The position numbers and the translations under genes were made by a program. From Promethearchaeota archaeon (GTDB taxonomy: Archaea; Asgardarchaeota; Lokiarchaeia; Sigyniarchaeales; SOKP01), in assembly GCA_016840165.1 (NCBI GenBank), contig JAEOSU010000070.1, positions 32,001-96,000 of the forward strand: a DNA stretch of 64,000 nt. The letters run 5' to 3'. The notes below the pieces were generated by a model that saw only the letters and a program-made list of their open reading frames with translations, did not search any database and was not told where the DNA came from. The stretch's first letter is position 1. Every line of letters starts with the position of its first letter. Positions 20,163 to 31,331 of the stretch are shown here, in pieces.

Positions 20163-21887
20163 TCACTCTTTTTGGATGTATTCTAAACTTTCTAAAAGTG
20201 AGCGTAATTTCAAGGCATCTGCACCACCAGAAACCTGAATATTTACTATTGAATCGTCTTTAATTCCAGTTACATTCGTCTCAATTAAAATTTGTTCTGC
20301 TCGAATCTGTTTTGTTTGCCTTTTGCTAAATGCTTGTTTTAATGGTTGATCTAAGTTAGGAAATTCAGCTGCAATTTCTACCCAAACTTCTTTGTGATAG
20401 GAATACTTAAAGGTGAAATCAGAAACCGTTTGTTTATAAAGCTCTTGGTCGCACCAATTAATCAAGTAAGCGCGGTTTGGAAATTCGAGATCATCAATTA
20501 AGTTACTCCTAATTTCGGATAAGCTTTCTATATCTCCACTCTTTACAGATTTATCTATTTTTTCAGCTAATTTAGCATATTTCTTTATTTTTAGCGACTT
20601 ACTGAAAGGCAGTAAGTCATAATTTACAATTAAATCATTTTTTGCATATTCATTTAATATCTCTAAATCTTTATCTTCTGAAGCTCCATCGCGAAAGCGA
20701 GTGGCAATTTCATAACAAGGAATGCGATTTACAAATCGTTTATTAATCATATCAATGATATGATGAGTAAAATCATACTTATTACCCCAGAATGGTGCTT
20801 TTTCCAATTCTCGGGATGAATAATTAACACGATGAGAAATAACATATGGTGCAATAGAATTTACGATATTTATGTCAACTTCATTGAGATTCAGCAGCCA
20901 TGCTAATGCTTTTGAATATCTCAGAAGGTCTTTAGCTACGCGTACACTTAAAATCGAATCAATTTTATTACACACACTTTGATTTGTGTTATAGTGACAA
21001 CCAGAACATAGACCAGAACTTGGTTTAAGATTTTCGGAGTTACCTTTATCTACTCGGGCACACAATGTGAATTCTCGAATTATCGCATGAATGTAATTAT
21101 TTACTTCAGATTTAAATCTCATTCGGTTTACGTAATACCAAATTTCCATTAATGCATCAATACTTAGAATTTCAGGGACTTCAATTAATTCATCATATCC
21201 GGAATATTTTTCATCTTTACCCCTAAGGATGAGAGATAAATCATTACTACTAGGCATTGAGATGGGAACTGAGATTCCGAATCGATCAAGAAAGGGTTGA
21301 GACAATTCAAAGGTCCCTACATCTTGAGGATTTATAGTAGAGTAAAGCGTATATTTTTCGATTGTAGCAACTGCATCATAATATTTTACTTTTCCTTCTG
21401 CCAATAAAGATAAGAGGATGTCCTGAGAGTAAGGTGTTAAACGATTTACCTCATCAATTATCTTCCAAAAACCCGTAACAAATTGCCTCCAGACTACTTC
21501 TTCTATACCATCTTTCATTAATTTTCCTAACTTTAAAGTACCAGTTAGCTTTTCTTCTGTAAGTTGGGGGTGCCCCCGAACTATTGAGTTTTCAATTTCA
21601 TCTAATCGCATACCAGTAAACATGCGACCTAATAACTTCACTAGAGTTGTTTTACCTCCTCCATGCCCCCCGACTAAAAGCATAGCTGAATTTGGAACTA
21701 GAGCGTTTAACACACATAAGGATAAGATTTCTGGTAATACTTTTTTGTTAGTTTTATTTTTCTTGTCATCATAATACTTAATTTCCAAGTTTTTCGAATG
21801 GACGAATAATTGATTTGCTTGAATAAGATTTAAAGTATTCCATACTTTTTTCCTTAATAACTCTTCCTCTCCTAGAGTCTTTATCAT
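20163..21887 (-). CDS. MoxR-type AAA+ ATPase
   Basis: GGHGGGKTT, IIDEVNRL, TINP, FLDRFG, SVR; Cys-rich insert; 18 nt upstream of the VWA gene. Confidence 0.87.
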   Translation of the reverse strand: MIKTLGEEELLRKKVWNTLNLIQANQLFVHSKNLEIKYYDDKKNKTNKKVLPEILSLCVLNALVPNSAMLLVGGHGGGKTTLVKLLGRMFTGMRLDEIENSIVRGHPQLTEEKLTGTLKLGKLMKDGIEEVVWRQFVTGFWKIIDEVNRLTPYSQDILLSLLAEGKVKYYDAVATIEKYTLYSTINPQDVGTFELSQPFLDRFGISVPISMPSSNDLSLILRGKDEKYSGYDELIEVPEILSIDALMEIWYYVNRMRFKSEVNNYIHAIIREFTLCARVDKGNSENLKPSSGLCSGCHYNTNQSVCNKIDSILSVRVAKDLLRYSKALAWLLNLNEVDINIVNSIAPYVISHRVNYSSRELEKAPFWGNKYDFTHHIIDMINKRFVNRIPCYEIATRFRDGASEDKDLEILNEYAKNDLIVNYDLLPFSKSLKIKKYAKLAEKIDKSVKSGDIESLSEIRSNLIDDLEFPNRAYLINWCDQELYKQTVSDFTFKYSYHKEVWVEIAAEFPNLDQPLKQAFSKRQTKQIRAEQILIETNVTGIKDDSIVNIQVSGGADALKLRSLLESLEYIQKE

Positions 21888-21991
21888 AACGATTCACTTT
21901 CAAAGATTTGTTTTATTATTTAAATTATACTATAATTCTATTTATACGATAGTATTACATCATTAATCGAGGGAGTAATTAAAATTAGTAG

Positions 21992-23572
21992 TTAAAAAAA
22001 GTATACTTTCCTTTTTTGTGGTATTATAATATTACTTGAGAGCCCAAATTCCTTGAAGGTTTCTGGATTTTCAGTATGGACGGGAATAATGCTATCAGGC
22101 TGAATTGATGATAATGTATGGATCAGATCATCAACATTAACATGACCAGAAGAATGGATAGTTTCTGTTTTAATAACTCCAAATTTATTTAACCATGCAT
22201 TTAATTTCTTTTCTTGGATGACCATCTCTTCATTAAACGGATCTGTAGTCGAATTAATAAATAAAATAGAATCTTTTCTCTGATCCAGGTCAATTAATTC
22301 ATTCATCATAAAATAATCTAAATACATTAGATATTTTTCTGGTTCTACCTTAATATTTTTGTGATTAATGTAATTTCCATCATTTAATATATTGCGTTCA
22401 TACTTCTTATAATCTTGCGACTCAAATCTGCCCCAACCTTTCCTTGGTAAATATACAGATAAATAATCATCATTATATTCCGGAATATCATAATTTTTAT
22501 AAAACTCATTAATTTCATTCTCCCCAAAGGTGGCAAGCTTCTTTTTAAACCATTCAAGATATATATGAATCTTTGGAGTAATAGCAAGGATTCTGTTGTT
22601 TTTTTTTGCTAATTCATAATATAATAAAATTCTATCAAGATTTCTTGATGGACAATTAAACAAAATTAAATCATCATGATGACCTATTAATTCTCCTGAA
22701 ATTCTCTTTACTTCATCTTCAGATTGGGAATCATCCTCAAAATCATCACTCTTATATTTATCTATAGAAGGGACTCTTGTTCCTTCACTAATAATGGCTA
22801 TTGGATTAGATTTTTTAGCGGCTATAATAAAATTTTCGACCCATTCTTGATGCATTCCGTGTCTTCTAAAATCTCCTGTATAAATAATGCTTCTCCCATC
22901 TTCTTCAATAATATAAGCGCAAGATCCTGGAATGGAATGATCAACTAAATATTGAGTAATGATTACTTTCCCATTAACAGTATTGAATGATTTTTGTTCT
23001 CCTGGGTTTATGATATTAATATTTCGTGTAATATCTTGCTTTTTATAATCACCTTTTCGAGCTCTTTTATATTCAATTTCGCCATTGGCTGTTTTCTTTT
23101 TAGGGACAAGTTTAAATGCTTCATAAAAATGTAGCATATTAGGTACCAATGGATTTGATGAAGACTCATCTAAATAGTCTAATATGGATTCTGTTAGCCA
23201 ATTAATATATATTGGTGTATTTTGTTTAAAAAAGCCTAAAAACATACAATGATCAAGATGAGCATGTGTTAAAAAAGAAGCATCAATTAAGTTGTCTTTT
23301 GAAGGAACTATATTATATTTTCCTTTCATTAATTTCTCTTTAAAGGGGTTAATAAAATCATTTCGATATATTTTATTAATCGCTGGGATGAGTCCGAGAT
23401 ATAAATAATCAATTATACCATTTAGCTTTCGTGGATTTAAGAAAGTTGAGAAGTATTGATTCATGTCACGAAATGATAATCCAAAGTCAAAACAAAATGT
23501 CTTTTCACCGCTTTTAATAAAGATTTTATTTCCTCCAATCTCATTGATGCCACCATAAAAGGAGATCTGCAT
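21992..23572 (-). CDS. RNase J-like beta-CASP MBL hydrolase
   Basis: GGINEIGGN, FDFG, THAHLDH, DHSIPGS, TGDFRRHG, SEGT, HSSGH, PVHTE. Confidence 0.87.
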   Translation of the reverse strand: MQISFYGGINEIGGNKIFIKSGEKTFCFDFGLSFRDMNQYFSTFLNPRKLNGIIDYLYLGLIPAINKIYRNDFINPFKEKLMKGKYNIVPSKDNLIDASFLTHAHLDHCMFLGFFKQNTPIYINWLTESILDYLDESSSNPLVPNMLHFYEAFKLVPKKKTANGEIEYKRARKGDYKKQDITRNINIINPGEQKSFNTVNGKVIITQYLVDHSIPGSCAYIIEEDGRSIIYTGDFRRHGMHQEWVENFIIAAKKSNPIAIISEGTRVPSIDKYKSDDFEDDSQSEDEVKRISGELIGHHDDLILFNCPSRNLDRILLYYELAKKNNRILAITPKIHIYLEWFKKKLATFGENEINEFYKNYDIPEYNDDYLSVYLPRKGWGRFESQDYKKYERNILNDGNYINHKNIKVEPEKYLMYLDYFMMNELIDLDQRKDSILFINSTTDPFNEEMVIQEKKLNAWLNKFGVIKTETIHSSGHVNVDDLIHTLSSIQPDSIIPVHTENPETFKEFGLSSNIIIPQKRKVYFF

Positions 23573-23684
23573 AAATATGGACCCAATAATTGAGTTTTTG
23601 ATTGAACGTAATTTTGTTCTTTCTTAATTAATTATTACTAATACCAATTTAAAAGTACATGGTTTACATCAAAAGAGATATTAA

Positions 23685-24872
23685 TTAAAATAAGAAAATT
23701 ATAACGTAAATTAGCAATAGGAAGATAAAACATAGAAGAGCAGGTACATAAAGAATTTTAATGACCTTCTTATAATTTGTTTTGTAATAATTAGTACTAT
23801 AGGCTACACATGGATGGATGGGAGTAATTAAGTATCCTAAAAAGATAGAACAATATAGGAAAATTAATTCCATTATAGGCATGGGAAATATTGCATATTG
23901 CACTAAATAAATTGGGATTAATATTGATAATGGAAGCTGGATGCGACCTGTTGCAAATCCCAGGAAAAATCCAATTAAGATAAATAGAAAAAAGGATAGA
24001 TTAAGACTACCGATTTCATTAGCTACACCTGATCTAATGAAAATCTCCAAAAACCAAAACATAGCAAAAATTAAGAGTGGAAATCTCCATATTTTCATTT
24101 TTTTTGCGATTTTACTAATTTTTCTTATTTTCATATTCGAAAATTTCAATCCGATTACTATACTTATACATAATCCGATAACTAAGAAAATTTCTGGCAC
24201 AATTTGAGGAAAAAATGTTCTCCCGATGAAATCTATAATAGGAGCAATGATAATGGGAAGAGAATTATGAAAAACTCTTTTTAAATCACGATGAAACACC
24301 TCTTCATAGCTATCAACCTTTCTTACTAATGTATAATACCCTATAAAGATCATAATAATAAATGGAGGAAGGAGAAAAATAAATAATGAGTAAAGCGATA
24401 TTCCTGTCAATACACTCGCAACTATCATCGCCGAAGATATTGGATAAATAAAAATTAGAACATGGCGAAACCATACGTTTATTGCTACTTTTTTATTTAC
24501 GTCTAATTCAGTATCGATTTGTTCGAGAATGGGAGCAGACATTAAAGCTCCTCCTGCAACCGGTAAAAGCCCAAAAAATGCTGGGATCAACATTATCGAT
24601 AACTTTTTTGAGAGATTCATCTTTTGAACCAATTCGAGCATCAATCCAGATTCTTCCATGATTCCCCCTAAAATTGGGATTAATATCACCGCAATTGCTA
24701 AAAAGATAATCGAAAGATCAGTAAATATTGAAACTAATGAAGCAAATATATCAATTTGGGTCAATATAGCAAAAGTAAAGGCCCCAATAGTTAATATAAT
24801 GCTTAATTCATATTTTGAAAATATTAAAATGCATAAAATAATAATTAAGAAACTTAACCAAGCAGGTATCAC
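23685..24872 (-). CDS. DUF401-family membrane protein
   Basis: PAFFGLLPVAGGALMSAP, NVWFRH, GFATG, ITPIHPC. Confidence 0.82.
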   Translation of the reverse strand: MIPAWLSFLIIILCILIFSKYELSIILTIGAFTFAILTQIDIFASLVSIFTDLSIIFLAIAVILIPILGGIMEESGLMLELVQKMNLSKKLSIMLIPAFFGLLPVAGGALMSAPILEQIDTELDVNKKVAINVWFRHVLIFIYPISSAMIVASVLTGISLYSLFIFLLPPFIIMIFIGYYTLVRKVDSYEEVFHRDLKRVFHNSLPIIIAPIIDFIGRTFFPQIVPEIFLVIGLCISIVIGLKFSNMKIRKISKIAKKMKIWRFPLLIFAMFWFLEIFIRSGVANEIGSLNLSFFLFILIGFFLGFATGRIQLPLSILIPIYLVQYAIFPMPIMELIFLYCSIFLGYLITPIHPCVAYSTNYYKTNYKKVIKILYVPALLCFIFLLLIYVIIFLF

Positions 24873-24977
24873 TATTGAAGTAATATTTAATACTATAAAA
24901 ATTAAATTTCTTAAAAATCAGAAAGCAATTAATCCCCTTTATCTTGGAAATTTTTACTAAATCTAAATTTTGTTAGT

Positions 24978-25334
24978 CTAAAAATAGCCAAGGTGTCCTA
25001 AATTCTTTCCATTCTCATCCAAGATATAGACTATACCAAGCGAAAGTATATTTTCTTCATCATCAGATTTTTTGGGTTTCGCTACCCTTTTTAGTGTCTC
25101 AAGTTTTAAAATATAGGTTCCGTTACATTTTTTACATTTGATATGAATCTTTTTGGTTGTCTTCTCCTCGTCCTCTGATTCTTCTATCTTAAAAGGCTCA
25201 AGTAAATTTACATCTTCATTATCACAATTGGGTAAAAAACATTGATCCAAGGATATTTTTTCCATTCCTCTTCGAGCTAGTGAAATATAAGCATAACTAG
25301 GAATTTCTTGCCTTAAATCATTATAATCATCCAT
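24978..25334 (-). CDS. Hypothetical Zn-binding protein
   Basis: CFLPNC ... CKKC pair; no family recognised. Confidence 0.65.
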   Translation of the reverse strand: MDDYNDLRQEIPSYAYISLARRGMEKISLDQCFLPNCDNEDVNLLEPFKIEESEDEEKTTKKIHIKCKKCNGTYILKLETLKRVAKPKKSDDEENILSLGIVYILDENGKNLGHLGYF

Positions 25335-25475
25335 AGGTTAGAAAAAGGATGTGAGTTTTTAATTGTTATTATTATAAAAAAATATATAGAAGAATAGAAA
25401 CGTAAATATAAAAAAGCTTAATTGGAACAAATTACTATTTTTTTGATAGATATAACTACCCCAGTTAAGTAAAAG

Positions 25476-25784
25476 ATGAATAAAAAAGAACTATCTGAAG
25501 ACATATTGGATTACATTTCCAAATTAGCTCTTATAGAACTAAACGAGGAAGAGAAAGAAGAGTTCATTCTTCAATTAGAAAAGATACTACAGTATTTTAA
25601 GCAGTTAAATGATCTGAATACGGATAACGTTGAACCTACCAGACATCCAATTGATGACTTAAATAATGTTTTTCGTGAAGATGTCGCTGGGGAATCACTT
25701 TCTACTGAAGAAGCTTTGAAAAATGCGAAATACAGCAAGGATGGGTATTTTAAAGCCCCTAGAGTGTTAAAAGATAAAAGTTAA
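25476..25784 (+). CDS. gatC: Asp/Glu-tRNA amidotransferase subunit C
   Basis: ISKLALIEL, NVEPTRHP, NVFRED, LKNA, GYFKAPRV. Confidence 0.93.
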   Translation: MNKKELSEDILDYISKLALIELNEEEKEEFILQLEKILQYFKQLNDLNTDNVEPTRHPIDDLNNVFREDVAGESLSTEEALKNAKYSKDGYFKAPRVLKDKS

Positions 25785-26779
25785 TCAGCATATTCCTTAT
25801 TTAATAATTCAATGGCTTTTTCCATATCTTTTAACGCCTTCTTTCTTTCTTTAGGAGTCATGTTATAAAAATCTTCTTCTAAATCAGTCCCTATTTTTTG
25901 GGATTCAGCTATCGGTTTAAACTTTTTATAAACTAAAGCATTAATATATCGTTCATAATGTCCCAATGCTTTATTGAGTTCAGGGTTATCTTTGATATTA
26001 TCCCATAATTCTAACGTCTCTAATGACCGTATACCTATATCAATTCGGAACCAAGAAATTGGAAATAATAATTTCTTTTTAATTCCATATTCTATAATTT
26101 TTATATTTTCCTCATCGATATACATCTCAGCAATCTCATCCTTACTGAAAACAATATTATCACTCATAATGTAAAGATTTGCTGCATTTCTGGAAGTACA
26201 TACAATCCCAACCGCAAATCCTTTTGCTAATCTAAGTTTATTAATTAAGTCCTCAAGTTGAGACCCTTTTATGTGTACATTGTTTTTTTTAGTGCCTTGG
26301 AACTCAATCTTTATTTTACTTATACCTTCTTGATCTAGGATCTTTGGAAAAAGCTCTTTTTCTCTTGATCGTTTATGAGCATCCAATAATTTATTGATAA
26401 TTGAATAATCCAGTTTTAATTCAGGAATCACCGTATGCTTTTCATCCATAAATGCATCCACTTCAAAATCGACAACTCCATAGAAAATTTTGCGGTTGTT
26501 AATTATTTGATATATAGTTTTTACGATGACATCTACAAGAGCTTCGGGATCTTCACGAATGGAATCAAACTCAGTAGTCATAAATGTGTCTATTTGATCC
26601 TCTAGTCCCTCCTCTTCATAAAACGCAGCCCAAGACATTTCGGTGTAAATATTTCCTTCATTAAAAAAATTATGATCTCTATCAATACTTATTATCGATT
26701 TTGAGCCACCAATTTCTACCCCTTTTTTTGTACCGGATGCTAAAATTGCAGAAGGAGGATTAAAGAATTCTATCGACAC
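25781..26779 (-). CDS. Hypothetical protein
   Basis: 332-aa ORF, GTG start with GTGA upstream; 4-nt convergent overlap with gatC. Confidence 0.75.
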   Translation of the reverse strand: MSIEFFNPPSAILASGTKKGVEIGGSKSIISIDRDHNFFNEGNIYTEMSWAAFYEEEGLEDQIDTFMTTEFDSIREDPEALVDVIVKTIYQIINNRKIFYGVVDFEVDAFMDEKHTVIPELKLDYSIINKLLDAHKRSREKELFPKILDQEGISKIKIEFQGTKKNNVHIKGSQLEDLINKLRLAKGFAVGIVCTSRNAANLYIMSDNIVFSKDEIAEMYIDEENIKIIEYGIKKKLLFPISWFRIDIGIRSLETLELWDNIKDNPELNKALGHYERYINALVYKKFKPIAESQKIGTDLEEDFYNMTPKERKKALKDMEKAIELLNKEYAD

Positions 26780-26868
26780 AATATATTCACGATCAAGTTT
26801 ATTAATTAATAGTAGATTCTCATTTTAAATTTAGAGTTTTTGATTAATGCACATAAATTAGAGAATGC

Positions 26869-29505
26869 TCATTCATTGAATGATAATCGAACAATAAAGG
26901 TAGATCCTTTGTTCTTTCCTTCAGATTTGACTTCAATTGTGCCGCCATGCAATTCAATAATTTCTTTTGCAAGATGAAGTCCTAATCCTGTACTTCCTAA
27001 TTGATTATCCAATTCCTTATCTAATGGGGTTTGTATTTTACTAAATTTTTTAAATAATCTTCCTATTTCATTTGTGGTTAAACCAATTCCTGTATCTTTG
27101 ACTTGAATTTCAGCATAATCATCATTTTCCTTCAAAGTTATATGAATAGTCCCTTTTTTCGGAGTGTATTTTATCGCATTGGTTAAAAGGTTCATAATGA
27201 CTAATTCTATTCGAGATTCGTCTAAGTTTAGAAATAAATTATCAGGCATATCTAAGATAAGGTTATACTCACCCCTTTTAAAAAAGTAGGTTAATTCCTT
27301 CACACATTCTGAAATTAATTGACTCAAATTAGCATTACGCTTATCGAGGGTAAATTTTTTAGATTCTATACGTGATACGTCTAAAAGTTCATCTACCAGT
27401 TTTTTTAGCCGCTTAGTGCTATTAATAGCCATATCAAAAATTTCTTGAGCTTCTTGACTTAATTCATGTCGGTATAAACTATCAAGCAACTGATATGCAC
27501 CATAGATCGTGGTAATTGGAGTCTTTAATTCATGTGAAGCTTTATCAATAAAATCTTTTCTCATCTCATCTAATTCTTTTAAACCTTGCTCTGCTTTTTT
27601 CTTTTCAGATATATTATGCATCATTATGATGATAAAGGGTTTATTGTCAATTTTAACAAAGGAGGATTCAATATTGACCCATATTTTTATTCCATCTTTT
27701 CTAATCAATTTGATATCAAGGGGAGGTATCGAAATACCCTTAGAAATTTTCTCAAGCCTCTCTAGTAACATAGGGATATATTCAGGGGATACAACGGGTA
27801 AATTTTTATATTTTTTACCAATCAACTCTTCTCTGCTATAACCAATTAAGTTTTGCAGAGAGGGATTGAAATCTACAATCCTCCCTGAGGTTTCGATTAA
27901 CAAGATGGCAAAAGGGGAATTCTGGAATAAAAATCGATATTTTTCCTCTGATTCTCTTAATCTTTCCTGAGCTTCCTTTCTGTCACTAATATCAATGAAA
28001 GAAATAAGAAATGCTGGTTTTTCTTCATATAAAATAATTTTATAGTATACATCTACCCAGATTGTATTTCCTTCCTTAGTTATTCCTCGAGCTTCATAAT
28101 GTTGGGAATAACTTTTATCATTATATTCAATGGAGGTAGCTAAGCTAATGATTTGTTTTTTATCCTCGGGATGAATGGTTTTAAAGAACTCACCTTTCTT
28201 CCAATTTAATAATTCTTCAACATCATAACCAAGTAAATTTGCTAGATTTTTATTAACATATTTAACAACTTCATCTTGGATAATACAAATACCCATTAAC
28301 GATTGATCTGCTATTGTCCTAAACTTTTCTTCTGATTCTTTTATCTTATTTTCTGCTTCCTTCATGTCAGAAATATCATGAATAACGCTTCGAATTCCAA
28401 CGATCTCTTCTCCCTTATAAATAGGCGTTGCATAAATGCTTGAATAGAAGGTACTCCCATCTTTTTTTCTTAACTTGTATGTTTGGGCTTCTAGGATCTC
28501 GCCTTTAAATAATTTTTTCAATACATTCTCAACAAGACTCCTTTCTTCGGGGATGACAAAATCATAAACCGTTAAACCTTTTTTAAAATCCTCATGGCTG
28601 TAACCGAATATTTTAGAGGCAATAGAATTTGTATATATTAAATTATAATCAGTATCAAGTTCAAAAACAACCTCCAACAATGAATCCGTTAGATCTCTAT
28701 ATCGTTCTTTTGATTCTCGTAATATTTCAGCGTGTTTTTTTCGCTCTGATATATCTCTAGTGACTAATAAGAATTTTATATTTCCCTCATCATCTTTATA
28801 CAGTTTTCCGCTAGTTTCAGTCCATATATATTCGCCGTTTTTGTTCTTAATTCTTACTTCAATCATCCGTGCATTTCCATCATAAGCTTCCTTAAATGTG
28901 GTTAATACCTTTTCTTTATCATCAGGATGAATTAAATTAAGAGAATTAATACCAATTAAATCCTTGTTTTTATAACTCATTGTTTTAAAGTGTATATCCT
29001 CGTTAATGTATTCAATCTGCATTTTAGAATTAACGACAGTTATCATTTCACTGACATTTTTGGTTAATAATCGATAATTTTCCTCAGATTTGCGCAGTTT
29101 AATTTCTAAAGACTTTCTCAGAGTTATATCTTGAGATAAAACTTGTATTAAGGTTTGATTTTCTAACTTTACTAATGAGCTTATGCTGCTAATCCATAAT
29201 CGTTTATTACTACGTGTGACAATCTGCATTTCTAATGGACCAACAGATTGCCCCTTAAGTAGATTATTGAATAAATTTTTTAATTCTGAAGGTGTTCTTT
29301 CGGGAATTAATCCTAGTTTTAAATAATGAGTACCAATAAGTTGTTTTCTATCTAATTCGCATAATTGCTCAGTTGCAGAATTAACATCAATAATCTGACC
29401 ATTAAGATCTAATAATGTAATTGAGATTGGAGATTTTTCAAAAATTAATCGAAAAATTTCACTGTGATTCTTTTGATTAAGGTGATTTTTTTCTGGAATT
29501 GACAC
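26869..29505 (-). CDS. Soluble sensor histidine kinase with five PAS/PAC domains
   Basis: Five PAS units ending DIT/DIS/NIS; ASHELKTP; NLLTNAIKYT; DTGIG; GLGL; GSTF; no TM segment. Confidence 0.93.
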   Translation of the reverse strand: MSIPEKNHLNQKNHSEIFRLIFEKSPISITLLDLNGQIIDVNSATEQLCELDRKQLIGTHYLKLGLIPERTPSELKNLFNNLLKGQSVGPLEMQIVTRSNKRLWISSISSLVKLENQTLIQVLSQDITLRKSLEIKLRKSEENYRLLTKNVSEMITVVNSKMQIEYINEDIHFKTMSYKNKDLIGINSLNLIHPDDKEKVLTTFKEAYDGNARMIEVRIKNKNGEYIWTETSGKLYKDDEGNIKFLLVTRDISERKKHAEILRESKERYRDLTDSLLEVVFELDTDYNLIYTNSIASKIFGYSHEDFKKGLTVYDFVIPEERSLVENVLKKLFKGEILEAQTYKLRKKDGSTFYSSIYATPIYKGEEIVGIRSVIHDISDMKEAENKIKESEEKFRTIADQSLMGICIIQDEVVKYVNKNLANLLGYDVEELLNWKKGEFFKTIHPEDKKQIISLATSIEYNDKSYSQHYEARGITKEGNTIWVDVYYKIILYEEKPAFLISFIDISDRKEAQERLRESEEKYRFLFQNSPFAILLIETSGRIVDFNPSLQNLIGYSREELIGKKYKNLPVVSPEYIPMLLERLEKISKGISIPPLDIKLIRKDGIKIWVNIESSFVKIDNKPFIIIMMHNISEKKKAEQGLKELDEMRKDFIDKASHELKTPITTIYGAYQLLDSLYRHELSQEAQEIFDMAINSTKRLKKLVDELLDVSRIESKKFTLDKRNANLSQLISECVKELTYFFKRGEYNLILDMPDNLFLNLDESRIELVIMNLLTNAIKYTPKKGTIHITLKENDDYAEIQVKDTGIGLTTNEIGRLFKKFSKIQTPLDKELDNQLGSTGLGLHLAKEIIELHGGTIEVKSEGKNKGSTFIVRLSFNE

Positions 29506-29666
29506 AATTAAAGCCTTTTTTAATGGTAAGATTATTTATCATAAATTAGGTTTTTAATTTATTTAATAAATTAAAAAAAAACTTTTTTTTTAATGTTCGC
29601 ACTTTTTATGAAGTTTGTTATAATAAGCAATTTTTAAATTAAAAATAAAAATAGACATTATGGAAA

Positions 29667-31187
29667 TTAGGTTGAGTTATTTAACCTTTCTCTTCGATAT
29701 CGAGCATAATTACAGAGTATATTCAAGTTTTTGGTAGGCAAATCCCACAATTCAAATATTGGAATGTCATGGGAGATAAACTTCTGAAACCATGGATATT
29801 TATAAGGGAGGGGGCCTGCATAATATACGGGAATTGAAAATTTTTTCATTAAACGTTTGATAGGTTTAAGTACTGCTCTTTCTATCATCAGGTTAATTCC
29901 TTTCATTTTTTCATCTAAAATCATGCCCGATTGCTCCATCGTATCTAAAACTTCATCAAAATCAAAAACTCCATACACTATTATGGCATCAACTTCTCCA
30001 GATTTCATTACAAGTTTCGGTAGTTTATATAGAAGATTAACAAAATTAACATCAAAAGTGACATCAATAGGATTATTAGCACTTGCAGTTGGTGGTATTA
30101 TTTCAAATATCGTGTTTTTTAATTCCCGTGAAAACTCTGGTACACTTAGACCATATAGTTCTGCAGTTTTAGCCATCATGCTTCCACTTCCACCTGAATC
30201 TGTAACTATTCCAACTTTATTACCTTTTGGAAAGATATTATACTCTTGAGCAAAAGAGAGTGTTCTGAGGTAATGCAAAAAATCCATTATGGAATTTGTG
30301 GAGATTATACCAGAACTGTCAAACACAGCCTTTACTATTTTCTCGTTTGCTCCTAATGAACCTGTATGGCTCATAATCGATCGTGAAGCTGCCTTAGTAC
30401 CACCCGCATACATCGCAACTATTGGTTTCTTGGGAGTTATCTTTTTTGTCATATCAATAAATTCTTTACCCCGCTTAATCTCTTCAATATAAAGCCCAAT
30501 TACTTGTGTATATCCATCATCTTTAAAATATTCTAAAAAGTCAACTAGATCAATATTCCTTTCATTACCAACAGAGATAGATTTACTAATTTTAACGCCG
30601 ATTTCTTTTGCATGCCAGAAGGTTTGGGCTGCAATAGTACCCGACTGACTAATAATAGAAATATTGCCTCTCTTTGGAATCATATACGGCCAGAAAGTAT
30701 TAATGAATGCCTCCTTTTTCTCAGGATAGCGATACCATGCATTATAGATCCCCAGGCAATTTGGTCCGATAAACCTCATATTATATTTCTTTGCGATCTG
30801 GTCAAGTTTATTTGATAGTTCAATTCCTTCAGTTCCTATTTCCCTAAAACCTCCAGATGTGATTAAAAGACGTTTAATTCCCTTTTGACCACACTCTTCC
30901 ATTACTTCTATAACGGCTTTTGGTGGTAATATTAAGAATGCAAAATCAGGAATAACTGGAACATCAAATACAGATTTATACGCCTTATATCCTTGGATTA
31001 TTTCTAATCGCGGATGGATAGGATAGATCTCCTGAATTCCCTTCCCTGCACGAATATTTCTTAATTGCATCGAACCCATGGTACTCATTAGATTATTATT
31101 TGCTCCAAATATAGCAATACTCTTTGGATTTAAAAAGGAATATAAAAAATGATCTTTATTGGGCAAAATTTGTTCGGACTTTGACAT
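29667..31187 (-). CDS. ADP-forming acyl-CoA synthetase alpha subunit (ACD)
   Basis: NPKSIAIFGA, SGGFREIG, FIGPNCLG, ISQSG, SVGNE, SHTG (phospho-His), SGG, NNPID. Confidence 0.88.
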   Translation of the reverse strand: MSKSEQILPNKDHFLYSFLNPKSIAIFGANNNLMSTMGSMQLRNIRAGKGIQEIYPIHPRLEIIQGYKAYKSVFDVPVIPDFAFLILPPKAVIEVMEECGQKGIKRLLITSGGFREIGTEGIELSNKLDQIAKKYNMRFIGPNCLGIYNAWYRYPEKKEAFINTFWPYMIPKRGNISIISQSGTIAAQTFWHAKEIGVKISKSISVGNERNIDLVDFLEYFKDDGYTQVIGLYIEEIKRGKEFIDMTKKITPKKPIVAMYAGGTKAASRSIMSHTGSLGANEKIVKAVFDSSGIISTNSIMDFLHYLRTLSFAQEYNIFPKGNKVGIVTDSGGSGSMMAKTAELYGLSVPEFSRELKNTIFEIIPPTASANNPIDVTFDVNFVNLLYKLPKLVMKSGEVDAIIVYGVFDFDEVLDTMEQSGMILDEKMKGINLMIERAVLKPIKRLMKKFSIPVYYAGPLPYKYPWFQKFISHDIPIFELWDLPTKNLNILCNYARYRRERLNNST

Positions 31188-31218
31188 GGTTCAAGAAATT
31201 ATTTCCATATTTATTAAA

Positions 31219-31234
31219 ATGCATACAAATGCAT
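31219..31234. promoter_or_regulatory. Candidate operator ATGCAT-N4-ATGCAT
   Basis: Dyad 32-47 nt upstream of the ACD start, downstream of a minus-strand TTTATA near 31289-31294. Confidence 0.3.
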
Positions 31235-31331
31235 CAGAAATTAAGATGTAGAATTAAGTAAAGAATTTGAATGTTATTTTATTTCTGATATAAATTTAGA
31301 GAGAAAAAAGAGAGTTTTTGAGTACTTTCAC

